DNA of 64,000 nucleotides from Candidatus Sungiibacteriota bacterium (GCA_016432465.1 CP066690.1:526823-590822); one strand, 5' to 3'; shown: positions 36,705 to 46,110, numbered from the stretch's first letter. The notes: generated by a model from the sequence alone, not told the origin. Made by a program: numbers and translations.

Positions 36705-36940
36705 CCCCGTCACTAAATTTTGACCCTTTATTTTGCCGCCCTTCATCCCCCACCTATTCTACACTCGACTCCGTGTTGAAACGGACAGGGTTATAGAAAA
36801 TACTCTTTTCAAAGCCTCCTCGGGGTTTGTCAGTAGAATAGGTGGGGGACAAGTAAGCTGGCGAGATAGACACCATAGCGGGCTAAAATTGAAGTGGACT
36901 CATTATACACGATTGCGGCAGTCAAAATTTTAGTGCGGGG
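36705..36940. mobile_element. Foldback / MITE-like element downstream of glmS
   Basis: Imperfect terminal IR ccccgtcactaaattttgac / gtcaaaattttagtgcgggg; internal perfect 15-bp IR ccccacctattctac / gtagaataggtgggg. Confidence 0.6.
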
Positions 36941-36942
36941 AT

Positions 36943-36984
36943 GATAAACCGCGAAACCTTGCAAAATCAGTAACGGTAGAATAA
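36943..36984 (+). pseudogene. Relic second copy of the glmS 3' end
   Basis: Translates DKPRNLAKSVTVE* versus DRPRNLAKSVTVE* in glmS. Confidence 0.85.
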
Positions 36985-37019
36985 TCTAAAAATAGGACTT
37001 GTTTTGGGGATCTAGTTAG

Positions 37020-37235
37020 GTGCCAAAGAAAAGTAAACGCTCCAAAGAGAAACAAACAATTTGTGTAGTTTGCAAACTGCCTATCAGAAAAGGAACGCTT
37101 TGTATAGTAGTACATTCCTGCACTAAAAATGGTCGTTCGCGGAAGAGGTGTAGATGTAAGAAATTAGCGCATATCCGTCATGGTGGTCTCGAGGCAGTAG
37201 TTGATAATCGTGAAGCAATCGGCATGGGTGATTAA
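37020..37235 (+). CDS. Small basic Cys-rich hypothetical protein
   Basis: CVVC..C..HSC..CRC..H pattern; followed by hairpin aacatcctac/gtaggatgtt. Confidence 0.4.
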   Translation: MPKKSKRSKEKQTICVVCKLPIRKGTLCIVVHSCTKNGRSRKRCRCKKLAHIRHGGLEAVVDNREAIGMGD

Positions 37236-37283
37236 AAAATTTAACATCCTACCTCTGGGTAGGATGTTCGTCTTTTTCAGCCC

Positions 37284-37805
37284 TTACTCTTCCGGTCTTA
37301 TCATCATTTTGTAAAGATTTGTTCCCCATTCCCCCTTAGCCTCCGCAACCTGCACAAAACCAAGTTTTAAGTATAGCTTATTGGCTTCAACTCTGCTGGG
37401 ACGGCTGGTAAGGCCAAGAAAAAGGTGATCGTAGTAAAGTTTGACCGGCAGCCGGTGTTCTCTGGCAAACCCCCGCGCGTTTTCAATCAGATGCCGGACG
37501 ATTATTTCACCAATACCTTGGCCACGATGGTCTTTATCCACCACAATATCATGAATTTCTGCGATCCAGCGACCCAGATTTCTTTGAAAGAAAATTGAAC
37601 CCATTCCCAGTAGTAACTGTTCGCCGCCCCCAGAAGTTTCTCTGGCCACAAAGAGATAGAAATTTTGGTTGCCAAGACATTCATTAAGTTCTTCTATCGT
37701 AAGCGGTACTGCTTTTCCTGAAGGTGAGAGCTGGGGAAGCAGCCGGTTTATGGTTGCAAGAGCGCGGCGCGCGTCTGCGGGCCCAATCCTTTTAATTTCA
37801 ACCAC
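37284..37805 (-). CDS. GNAT family N-acetyltransferase
   Basis: IHDIVVDKDHRGQGIG acetyl-CoA motif; LTSRPSRVEANKLYLKLGF. Confidence 0.88.
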   Translation of the reverse strand: MVEIKRIGPADARRALATINRLLPQLSPSGKAVPLTIEELNECLGNQNFYLFVARETSGGGEQLLLGMGSIFFQRNLGRWIAEIHDIVVDKDHRGQGIGEIIVRHLIENARGFAREHRLPVKLYYDHLFLGLTSRPSRVEANKLYLKLGFVQVAEAKGEWGTNLYKMMIRPEE

Positions 37806-38042
37806 GGATCGTCGTCCTTTTTGGGTAGATGTTCTATATTTTGAAACGAAGGATTATGCTCTTTGGTTATATCAAATAGACATTTAGATGCAATAGTTGG
37901 CATCGCCGCCCTTCATGCCAAACCCGCTTGTTTTAAGTAAAGTTCTAATGCTTTCCGAAATGGATATACATAGCGCTTGGGATGTTCGGCAGACCGGAGA
38001 GGGTCCTTGCGAGAGTGATTTCTTAAACCTTCATTTTTTAGG

Positions 38043-38678
38043 ATGGTTCAAGTAGCAGCGGAAAAACCCAAAAAACGTAAGGGAATCATTATATGGGATT
38101 TTGATCGGGTGCTTTTTAATACCGAGAAATATTTTCAAGATAACGCCCAAGTTTTTCGTACTTATAATATTCCGGAGGATGCCCTGCGGCATGCAGTAGA
38201 TAACATAAATAATAGCGATGCTACTTTTTCTACGGCCGCACTCTGTCGTGAATTAAAAAAGATGGGGTTATACTGCCCAGTTAGTCGGGCGCGGCGTACG
38301 GTAAACCAAAGCCTTTCCCGTTATCGGTACATTGATGCTGCGGCGGATCAACTGCTACACCGTCTTAAAAGACGGGGATTTATCCACTTTCTTTTGAGCT
38401 TTGGAAATGGAGCATATCAGGGAAAAAAAATTAAAATTGCCGGCGGTAAAACCCTACGTCATTTTGAAAAATTGATTGTTACCGGAAAACCCAAGCATGT
38501 ATTTATTAAGCGTATTGCCCGTCGCTATTTCGACCTTCCCATATTTTTTATTGATGATACGCGGAGCCATATTGAACTTGTTCAAAAATACATTCCTCGG
38601 GTATGCACTATACACTATAGTGGTCGATTGTCGCTGCGGGACGTGGAACGCACGATTTTAAATCGCCATGCTGACTAA
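38043..38678 (+). CDS. HAD-superfamily hydrolase
   Basis: WDFDRVLFNT motif I; FFIDD motif IV. Confidence 0.75.
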   Translation: MVQVAAEKPKKRKGIIIWDFDRVLFNTEKYFQDNAQVFRTYNIPEDALRHAVDNINNSDATFSTAALCRELKKMGLYCPVSRARRTVNQSLSRYRYIDAAADQLLHRLKRRGFIHFLLSFGNGAYQGKKIKIAGGKTLRHFEKLIVTGKPKHVFIKRIARRYFDLPIFFIDDTRSHIELVQKYIPRVCTIHYSGRLSLRDVERTILNRHAD

Positions 38679-39627
38679 ACCGATAATTAAAATTCCTAAA
38701 GTTGTTGTAATTGGTGGTGGAACCGGTGTCTTTACAGTACTCTCGGGCCTTAGAAAGTATAATCTTGACCTTACGGCAATAGTGTCTATGGCTGACGACG
38801 GCGGTTCCTCCGGAACCTTACGCGAAGAGTTCGGAATTCTGCCGCCCGGAGACGCACGAAGGGCCTTGGTTGCTCTTGCTCATACCGACAACCAGATGTT
38901 GAGTGAACTTTTTAATTATCGTTTTACGGAAGGCAGGCTGACTGGTCATGCCTTTGGTAATTTGTTACTCACGGCCCTGGAAAGAATTACTGGAAGTTTT
39001 GAGGGGGCGTTAAGTGAGGCCGGCCGCATACTAAATGTACGGGGACGGGTTATTCCTGTTACTTTGGATAAGGTGCGGCTATGCGCTAAGTTGGAAGACG
39101 GCACCGTTGTTCGGGGTGAAACCAACATTGATATTCCTAAACACGACCCGCGTCTTAGAGTTAAAAAGATATATTTAGAGCCAAGGGCCAAAGGAAATAA
39201 AAACGCCGTGAGGGTTCTTAAAGAAGCAGATCTTATAGTTATGGGGCCCGGCGACTTATTTACCAGTGTTTTGCCCAACCTTCTCGTTCGGGGGGTTCCG
39301 GTAGCAATCAGAAAATCAAAAGCAAAAAAAGTTTTTGTCGTAAATACTATGACCAAGGTCGGCGAGACAAACAGTTTTAAGGTCAACGATTTCCTTTTTG
39401 AGGTAGAAAAATATCTTGGCCGCGGAGTTTTGAATTATATCGTGGTAAATACTAAAAAACCGCCACACACGCGTCTTGTTGAGTATGAACGCGAGGGCAA
39501 GATTATGGTAGGGACAGGAAGTCTGTCGTCTAAACCCATACCAATCCTCGGTAACTTTATTCGTACTTCTGGTTTCGTACGTCATGATCCGGAAAAATTA
39601 TCTAAGGTTTTAGTGTCTTTATTGTGA
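38668..39627 (+). CDS. YvcK/CofD-like (gluconeogenesis factor) protein
   Basis: VVIGGGTG, DDGGSSG..PPGD, GPGDLFTS, RHDPEKL. Confidence 0.92.
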   Translation: MLTKPIIKIPKVVVIGGGTGVFTVLSGLRKYNLDLTAIVSMADDGGSSGTLREEFGILPPGDARRALVALAHTDNQMLSELFNYRFTEGRLTGHAFGNLLLTALERITGSFEGALSEAGRILNVRGRVIPVTLDKVRLCAKLEDGTVVRGETNIDIPKHDPRLRVKKIYLEPRAKGNKNAVRVLKEADLIVMGPGDLFTSVLPNLLVRGVPVAIRKSKAKKVFVVNTMTKVGETNSFKVNDFLFEVEKYLGRGVLNYIVVNTKKPPHTRLVEYEREGKIMVGTGSLSSKPIPILGNFIRTSGFVRHDPEKLSKVLVSLL

Positions 39628-40262
39628 GAGTAACAAGGTTGTCCGAAAAAAATTTCCGCAAGGTTTTATCTTTGACGGAGAAAATTTTACTATCCGGCGG
39701 AGTTCTGATTGGTCCGACTGATACGGTCTATGGAATTTTTGGTGATGCAACCAAATCCGAGGTTATAAAAAAAATGTTTGCGATGAAAAAGCGGCCGGAG
39801 GAAAAGGCATTTCCGATTTTTGTAAAAGATGTTGCTGCCGCCCGCAAATATGTTTATATTTCGGACGCCAAAACAAAATTTTTAGAAAAAGTATGGCCGG
39901 GACCCGTAACAGCTGTGTTTCATCATAAAGAAAAATTACCCAAGATTCTCACGAAAGAGTTTGATACCTTGGGTATTCGTATACCCAGCCACCCCTTTTT
40001 ACTTGAGCTTCTTTCGCGGCTTGATTTTCCTTTGGCCCAGACCTCGGCGAACATTTCGGGAAAGCCGCCTGCAAAAAATACCAGCACGATAAAGAGATAT
40101 TTTGAGAAGGAAAAAGTAAAACCCGACTTGGTAGTTGATGGCGGTGAACTTTCGGGTCGCCCCTCCGCCGTAGTTGATTTTAGCGGCACGGGCCCCATTT
40201 TGTTACGAAGCGGTCTTGTAGACAAACGGGAGCTTGACCGGATTCTTGGTATCATGAAATAA
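39624..40262 (+). CDS. tsaC: L-threonylcarbamoyladenylate synthase
   Basis: PTDTVYG, KKRP, WPGPVT, TSANISG. Confidence 0.92.
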   Translation: MRVTRLSEKNFRKVLSLTEKILLSGGVLIGPTDTVYGIFGDATKSEVIKKMFAMKKRPEEKAFPIFVKDVAAARKYVYISDAKTKFLEKVWPGPVTAVFHHKEKLPKILTKEFDTLGIRIPSHPFLLELLSRLDFPLAQTSANISGKPPAKNTSTIKRYFEKEKVKPDLVVDGGELSGRPSAVVDFSGTGPILLRSGLVDKRELDRILGIMK

Positions 40263-41557
40263 TGGCAACAGTTCCAGTGGGGGCTACAAAAAACATGAAC
40301 GGATTTCGCAACCTCAAAAAACATGACCCGCAACTTGCTAAGTTTCTTGCGGCAGAAGTTAAGCGCCAGCGTAAGACGCTTAATTTAATTCCTTCTGAAA
40401 ATATTATTTCTCCTGCGGTACTTGAGGCGTTGGGGTCACGGCTGACGGATAAATACTCCGAAGGATACCCCGGGAAAAGATATTACGCGGGGAATAAAAT
40501 TATTGATGAGATTGAGTTATTGGCTCAGCGTCGGGCAAGAAAGGTTTTTAGACTTGGGGAACATTGGCACGTTAATGTCCAGCCCTATTCGGGCTCACCG
40601 GCCAATTTAGCAATTTATCAAGCTCTGGTTCCGGTTGGCGAGAAATTAATGGGCATGGCTCTTCCTTTTGGCGGGCATTTAACTCACGGATGGAAAGTAA
40701 GCATAACCGGTAAACTCTGGACGCCGGTTCAATACGGCGTGGGCCGTGATGGCTACATTAATTATGAGGAAATCAGACAACTTGCCGAGCGCGAGAGGCC
40801 CAAAATTATTGTTGCCGGCGCCACCGCTTACCCGCGGGTTATAGATTTTGAGAAATTTGGCAGAATAGCGCATGAGGTGGGGGCGTATTTTCTGGCCGAT
40901 ATCTCGCATATTGCAGGACTTATTGCCGGAGGTGTGCATCCCTCGCCGTTTCCGCACGCTGATGTGGTTATGACCACTACCCATAAAACCCTACGCGGCC
41001 CCAGAGGCGCAATAATCTTTGTGAATCGCGAATCCGAAGTTGCTAGAAAGCAAGGGATGGACATTGCTGCTGCTGTTGATAAGGCCGTATTTCCCGGACT
41101 GCAGGGCGGACCGCACGATCATCAGACCGCAGCTATTGCCGCGGCCCTTGGGGAGGCGGCAAAACCGGCCTTTAAAAAATACGCTCACCAGATTGTAAAA
41201 AATGCCAAAGCCCTTGCGGCTGAATTGCAAAAACTTGGATTTCGTCTGGTTTCGGGCGGAACCGACAATCACCTTATGCTTATTGACCTTACGGTCCTTG
41301 GTATTTCCGGTCGGGAAGCGCAGGATCGGCTGGAAAAGGCGGGGATTATTGTAAATCGCAACACCATTCCGTATGATACCCGTTCTCCGTTTGATCCCTC
41401 AGGGATCAGAATTGGCACTCCGGCGTTAACGACAAGAGGCATGAAAGAGGGAGAAATGCAGGAGGTGGCGCAGCTAATTTATCAAGTATTGACCACCACC
41501 GTCCCGTATGGTACACTAAGGGCAGTGCATCGCCTTTGCAAGCGGTTCCCGACATAG
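40262..41557 (+). CDS. glyA: Serine hydroxymethyltransferase
   Basis: LIPSEN, KYSEGYPGKRYY, GGHLTHG, TTTHKTLRGPRG; start may be ATG 40295. Confidence 0.97.
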   Translation: MATVPVGATKNMNGFRNLKKHDPQLAKFLAAEVKRQRKTLNLIPSENIISPAVLEALGSRLTDKYSEGYPGKRYYAGNKIIDEIELLAQRRARKVFRLGEHWHVNVQPYSGSPANLAIYQALVPVGEKLMGMALPFGGHLTHGWKVSITGKLWTPVQYGVGRDGYINYEEIRQLAERERPKIIVAGATAYPRVIDFEKFGRIAHEVGAYFLADISHIAGLIAGGVHPSPFPHADVVMTTTHKTLRGPRGAIIFVNRESEVARKQGMDIAAAVDKAVFPGLQGGPHDHQTAAIAAALGEAAKPAFKKYAHQIVKNAKALAAELQKLGFRLVSGGTDNHLMLIDLTVLGISGREAQDRLEKAGIIVNRNTIPYDTRSPFDPSGIRIGTPALTTRGMKEGEMQEVAQLIYQVLTTTVPYGTLRAVHRLCKRFPT

Positions 41558-41565
41558 GAGGGAAT

Positions 41566-41895
41566 ATGGGTTTAGATACGAAATGTCCTGTGCACGGCAA
41601 TATGCATTCTGGTTTTGCATGTGATCAGGCTTCCTCCACCGAAGAATTAAAGCTTTTCTACGTCTGCGCAGATTTTCCGAGCCCCTTTCGTGTTTATGAT
41701 ACAATTTCTGTGGGGTGCAAAGTATTGGCAAAAGATCAAGCAGAGGCACGGGAGTTGGTGACAGGAAGCCGACAATATCAAATTCTTATGGAGCGTTATG
41801 GGATCGTTGGACTTAAGACAAAGGAAATGCCAAAGTTTAACCGTCCTCATATTGTAGAGTGGGATAGTACCCTTGATCTTTTACTGGGCCACTAA
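41566..41895 (+). CDS. Hypothetical protein
   Basis: GGAGG RBS before ATG 41566; CPVH motif. Confidence 0.55.
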   Translation: MGLDTKCPVHGNMHSGFACDQASSTEELKLFYVCADFPSPFRVYDTISVGCKVLAKDQAEARELVTGSRQYQILMERYGIVGLKTKEMPKFNRPHIVEWDSTLDLLLGH

Positions 41896-41971
41896 GCGAT
41901 TTTAAGCCCGTCACTAAGTAGTTGGAAGCCCGCGCGCTTCCATTTTTTTATTTTTAGGGCATAATTAGTTC

Positions 41972-42805
41972 ATGATTTTACTTGACGGGAAAAAGCTTTC
42001 GCAAAAAATACTAGACGAAGTCAAACAAGAAACAACGGCCACAAAAAAGAAACTACGGTTGGCCATCGTTGTTGTGGGCGAAAATCCCGTTGTCAAAAAA
42101 TTCATTGAGCAAAAAAAGAAAGCCGCCGATCAAATAGGCGCCGGTGTTAGAATTTATCCTTTTGATGAAAAAATAACCACCAACGAGCTTCGTAAGCGTT
42201 TATTTGAAATTGTGCACGAGAAGAAAAATACGGGAGTGATAATTCAACTTCCGCTGCCGACGCATATTAATACCCCTTATATTTTAAACTCCGTAACACC
42301 CGAGAAAGATATTGATATGCTCTCGGCGCGCGCAATTGGTAATTTTGCGGTCGGCCAAAGTCCTATTATTCCGCCCGTGGTGGGCGCCCTAAAATTTCTT
42401 TTGGAGGAATACCAAATTGACTACCAGCAAAAATCTGTCGTTATAGTAGGGGCAGGAAATTTAGTGGGGAAGCCAACGGCACTTTGGCTTTTGGGCAAGA
42501 AAGCAACTTTTACTGTTGTGGAAGAAAGAACCCCGCACCCCGAAGAATTAATCTCTAAGGCTGGAATCTTGATTACCGGCGTTGGCAAACCCGGGTTTAT
42601 ACGAGGTGATATGGTAAAAAACGGTGTTATAGTTATTGATGCCGGTACCTCTGAATCTGCGGGGCGGCTGGTGGGGGATGTTGACTTTAAGTCTGTGTCA
42701 AAAAAAGCTTCATATATTACGCCGGTTCCGGGAGGCATCGGGCCGCTCACTGTAGCCATGCTTTTTAAAAACCTTGTAACCCTCGCGAAAATCCAAAAAT
42801 CATGA
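41972..42805 (+). CDS. folD: Methylenetetrahydrofolate dehydrogenase/cyclohydrolase
   Basis: LLDGK, IIQLPLP, VGKP, ITPVPGGIGPLTVAML. Confidence 0.95.
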   Translation: MILLDGKKLSQKILDEVKQETTATKKKLRLAIVVVGENPVVKKFIEQKKKAADQIGAGVRIYPFDEKITTNELRKRLFEIVHEKKNTGVIIQLPLPTHINTPYILNSVTPEKDIDMLSARAIGNFAVGQSPIIPPVVGALKFLLEEYQIDYQQKSVVIVGAGNLVGKPTALWLLGKKATFTVVEERTPHPEELISKAGILITGVGKPGFIRGDMVKNGVIVIDAGTSESAGRLVGDVDFKSVSKKASYITPVPGGIGPLTVAMLFKNLVTLAKIQKS

Positions 42806-43356
42806 TACAGCAACTTGATATTGTAGTCTTTCGTTGGTTAAATTCGTGGGTTGGCACTTCTACTTTTTTTGACTGGGCGATAAGATTTCGCGCCGTTTGG
42901 TTTCTTTATATTGTAATAGCGGCCCTGCTTCTTTTTTTTATTTTTACTCTTTGGATACGATTTCGCGACAAGAGAAGACGTAATTTAGGGTTGGTAGTTT
43001 TTGCTATTTTTTCTGCCCTGCTCGCGCGGTTTGCGGTTACCGAACTGGTCCGGTTTATTTATAATCGCCCCCGACCCTTTGAGGTTTTGGAAGAGGTGCG
43101 GCAGATTGTAGAACATACGGGTGGGGGTTCTTTTCCTTCGGGACACGCTACTTTTGCTTTTGCTATTGCAGCCGCAGTTTCATTTTATTACCCTAAAACA
43201 AGTATTTTATTTTTCCTCGCGGCATTTTCTGTTGGTTTGGGGCGCGTGGCGGCCGGAGTTCACTGGCCAAGCGATATTTTGGGCGCTGCGGCGGTGGGCA
43301 TATTAACAGCGTGGTTGCTTGGTAAAATTTTAAAGATAAAAAGCGCGACTCTCTAA
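42802..43356 (+). CDS. PAP2 family phosphatase
   Basis: RPRP, SFPSGH, GRVAAGVHWPSDI. Confidence 0.92.
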   Translation: MIQQLDIVVFRWLNSWVGTSTFFDWAIRFRAVWFLYIVIAALLLFFIFTLWIRFRDKRRRNLGLVVFAIFSALLARFAVTELVRFIYNRPRPFEVLEEVRQIVEHTGGGSFPSGHATFAFAIAAAVSFYYPKTSILFFLAAFSVGLGRVAAGVHWPSDILGAAAVGILTAWLLGKILKIKSATL

Positions 43357-43373
43357 GAGTCGCTTTTTTTGCT

Positions 43374-43730
43374 CTACGCTTCGAAGGAGTGGCCACAGCC
43401 GCAGGTGGATTTGGCGTTGGGGTTGCGGAAGAAAAAGGCCTCTCCGCCTTCGGATATCAGATAGTCAATCTCCGAACCCCTTAAGTGTTCAGAGTGGGCA
43501 GTGGGTATTACTACTTTAAGCGGGGGATCTTCCGGCGAGGCGTCAGGTAATTTAAATTCATAAACTTGGTCCCTTTCAGTTTGTGTGTCCGTCAGATCCA
43601 TTTCGTAGGAAAAACCGCTGCAGCCGCCGCTTATTACTGTTATAAAAAGAAAGGTGGTACGGAAGTCCTTATTTTGCAGAGCGAAGATCTCTTTTATTTT
43701 CCGCAGCGCCAGTTCCGTTATGGTGATCAT
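43374..43730 (-). CDS. IscA/HesB Fe-S cluster assembly accessory protein
   Basis: GGCSGFSY and NPNAKSTCGCGHSF; ATG 43730 with GGAGG RBS. Confidence 0.9.
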   Translation of the reverse strand: MITITELALRKIKEIFALQNKDFRTTFLFITVISGGCSGFSYEMDLTDTQTERDQVYEFKLPDASPEDPPLKVVIPTAHSEHLRGSEIDYLISEGGEAFFFRNPNAKSTCGCGHSFEA

Positions 43731-43740
43731 CCTACCCTCC

Positions 43741-44079
43741 TTATACGGTGAAAGACTCCCCGCAACCGCAGGTTTTTTTGACGTTGGGGTTGCGGAACCT
43801 AAAGCCACTATACATCAGGGTCTGCTCAAAATCAAGCTCCGTTCCATTCAGGTAAATAAAACTTTTAAGGTCCACATATACCCTCACGCCCTTGTCCTCT
43901 CCGAAGATTTTATCACCGGCACGTTTCTGGGTCTCCACCCTTATGGTGTAAGTAAGACCCGAACAGCCGCCGCCCCTGACTCCAATACGCAGTCCCGCTT
44001 CGGGATTTTCTCCCAGACCTTGCGTCTCAATCAATTTTTTAATTTGTGCTGCGGCTAGTTCCGAAACAGTGATGGCCAC
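43741..44079 (-). CDS. iscA: IscA Fe-S cluster assembly accessory protein
   Basis: LRIGVRGGGCSGLTY, NPNVKKTCGCGESF. Confidence 0.93.
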   Translation of the reverse strand: MAITVSELAAAQIKKLIETQGLGENPEAGLRIGVRGGGCSGLTYTIRVETQKRAGDKIFGEDKGVRVYVDLKSFIYLNGTELDFEQTLMYSGFRFRNPNVKKTCGCGESFTV

Positions 44080-44081
44080 TC

Positions 44082-44588
44082 CTAACTCTCCTCGGGCGGC
44101 TCGGGGACGGGAGTTGTGACTTTTTGCTTTTTCTTCCAGTCCTCTATAGCGGCTTTGATGGCGCCTTCAGCCAGAACCGAGCAGTGAATTTTTACCGGAG
44201 GCAGACTAAGATAAGAAGCCACCTCGGCATTTTTGATTTGAGAAGCTTCCTTAAGCGTCTTACCTTTTACCCACTCGGTAACTAGACTGGAAGAAGCAAT
44301 GGCCGATCCACAGCCGAAAGTTTTAAATTTAGCATCTATAATCAGCTGTTCAGTATTTAGTGCCGTGCCCGAACAGTTGGGGCAGGCGCTTTCCTGACTT
44401 GACGCTGCCCAAGTATGCTGGCATTCCGTACATTGATGGGCAAAGATAACCTTAATTTGCAATTTCATTACGTCCCCGCATTCCGGTGCCCCTACAATGC
44501 CGGTTCCTATGTTCTCTTCGGTCTTGGCAAAACTTCCTACGTTACGAGGGTTATTGTAGTGCTCAATCACCTTGTCGCTGTATGCCAT
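44082..44588 (-). CDS. iscU: Fe-S scaffold IscU with inserted CxxC..CxxC module
   Basis: YSDKVIEHYNNPRNVG, GAPECGDVMKLQ, FKTFGCGSAIASSS, LPPVKIHCSVLAE. Confidence 0.93.
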   Translation of the reverse strand: MAYSDKVIEHYNNPRNVGSFAKTEENIGTGIVGAPECGDVMKLQIKVIFAHQCTECQHTWAASSQESACPNCSGTALNTEQLIIDAKFKTFGCGSAIASSSLVTEWVKGKTLKEASQIKNAEVASYLSLPPVKIHCSVLAEGAIKAAIEDWKKKQKVTTPVPEPPEES

Positions 44589-44673
44589 GTTAACCTTCCT
44601 TAGTCAGAGGACTACCTACTAAAATATCATAAAACAACAAAAAAGCCAGAACGTGTCTGGCCCCATTTAATAT

Positions 44674-45129
44674 TTAAAGTGTCGGCGATAATACGGCAAT
44701 AGCTATTTCTACTGCTTCGTCGAGCGTCTCAACAATGAATCCGGCAGCTTCGCGAAGTATGGCATGACTATGAATGTTTTCTTTTTCCATGACAATAACT
44801 ATCGGTTTCCTCAACATATCTGCCCAAGCGATTTCCATCACTGTTCCGATGGAAACCTTGGCGGCGCCAAGTAGGTTTACCAGCAGCAGGTCACAGCGCA
44901 TGACATCCATCCGATCCCGGCAGGTGATGCCTTTTGGGGAGCCTAAGGGGTGTTGGGCATAAGAGTCTTTAACTAATTTTTCTTTGGCAAGATAATTTTT
45001 GCCCCGCATGGGTGAGACCGCTTTTATGTGGGCAGGAAGTTTTTTGGCTACATATTCACGCCATTCTGTACATCCCTCGAAAGAGACACCGGTAATAGGT
45101 CCTGCGCAGTAGAGAAGAAATTCCCTCAT
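44674..45129 (-). CDS. Nucleoside 2-deoxyribosyltransferase-like protein
   Basis: YCAGPI, D..D..D, SIGTVMEIAWA; ATG 45129 preferred. Confidence 0.8.
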   Translation of the reverse strand: MREFLLYCAGPITGVSFEGCTEWREYVAKKLPAHIKAVSPMRGKNYLAKEKLVKDSYAQHPLGSPKGITCRDRMDVMRCDLLLVNLLGAAKVSIGTVMEIAWADMLRKPIVIVMEKENIHSHAILREAAGFIVETLDEAVEIAIAVLSPTL

Positions 45130-45293
45130 GGGTTTTCCCAAGAACAAAAGATCTATAAGTAAACTACAAGACGGAACCTCGGGGATCAACCACAGGATAT
45201 CCACAGCTGGTATTATCCCCCCCCGAACCCTTGCAAAATTAAACACCCCGTGGTATTATATTTTAGAACCCGAAAAATTAACGGAGGAGGATT

Positions 45294-45923
45294 GTGAGCG
45301 ATCCGAACAGAAAAGAGTGGCGTGCGCTTTGGTGGCGCATAAAAGCGCAAGGTGATCCGGAACCGCCGTATGAGCAGCTTGTCGGGCTGTATTCTCAACC
45401 CCACCGTTGTTATCACACGTTAGCCCACATTGAACATTGCCTAAAGGAGTTTGATGCAGTCTGGCACTTTGCCAGAAGTCCGAATGCGGTAGAGATGGCA
45501 CTTTGGTACCACGACGCAATTTATGTTGCTAAGGCTAAAGACAACGAAGAGAAAAGCGCCGAGCTGGCGGCCCGGGTATTAAGAAGTGCGTTGGTTCCAG
45601 ATACTTTTGTGCAGGAAGTTGTCCGCCTGATACTTAAAACTAAACACGATGCTCCTCCCGCAGATTTCGATGCGCAGCTTGTTGTTGATATTGATCTATC
45701 CAGTCTTGGTCTGCCGGAAGATGTATTTGAGAAGCATGGCGAGGAGATACGCAGAGAATACTGGTGGGTTCCAGATGCTCTTTTTGCTGAAGTCCGGTCA
45801 CAGATTTTTAAATCATTTTTCTCCCGACCCACGATTTATTTAACCAATTTTTTCCAAGAAAAATACGAGAAACAGGCCCGCAGGAATTTAATACGCGTGC
45901 TCACAAAACCTCGGGAACAGTAA
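45294..45923 (+). CDS. HD-superfamily metal-dependent phosphohydrolase
   Basis: RCYHTLAH, WYHDAIY, NEEKSA, DIDLSSLG, IRREY. Confidence 0.85.
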   Translation: MSDPNRKEWRALWWRIKAQGDPEPPYEQLVGLYSQPHRCYHTLAHIEHCLKEFDAVWHFARSPNAVEMALWYHDAIYVAKAKDNEEKSAELAARVLRSALVPDTFVQEVVRLILKTKHDAPPADFDAQLVVDIDLSSLGLPEDVFEKHGEEIRREYWWVPDALFAEVRSQIFKSFFSRPTIYLTNFFQEKYEKQARRNLIRVLTKPREQ

Positions 45924-46024
45924 TAGCCGCAGCACTAACGTGCTGCGGTGTTTTTTTATATCAAATTTAACAGATCTGCCGGTTGGCGTAGATGGCGGCC
46001 TCCTCCGGACTGCAAATTCCTTAC

Positions 46025-46110
46025 TGGTGCCCGGGGAGAGACTTGAACTCTCAAGGTCTTGCGACCAGTGGATTTTGAGTCCACCGCGTATGCCATTCCG
46101 CCACCCGGGC
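46025..46110 (-). tRNA. tRNA-Leu(CAA)
   Basis: GCCCGGG acceptor, anticodon arm GTGGA-CTCAAAA-TCCAC, long variable arm, GTTCAAGTC, encoded ACCA. Confidence 0.96.

Noticed and set aside
36902-36925. Minus-strand TTGACT/TATAAT promoter in the post-glmS element
   Set aside because: The spacer is only 12 nt.
36692-37300. Tn7 or CAST insertion at attTn7
   Set aside because: No tnsABCD/tniQ genes, no TGT...ACA ends with repeated TnsB sites, and no 5-bp duplication seen.
41907-41917. cccgtcactaa matching the left end of the 36705 element
   Set aside because: Only 11 nt with no partner inverted repeat; compatible with chance.
43357-46024. Prophage or integrative element at tRNA-Leu
   Set aside because: No integrase, no phage genes and no duplicated tRNA 3' end found.
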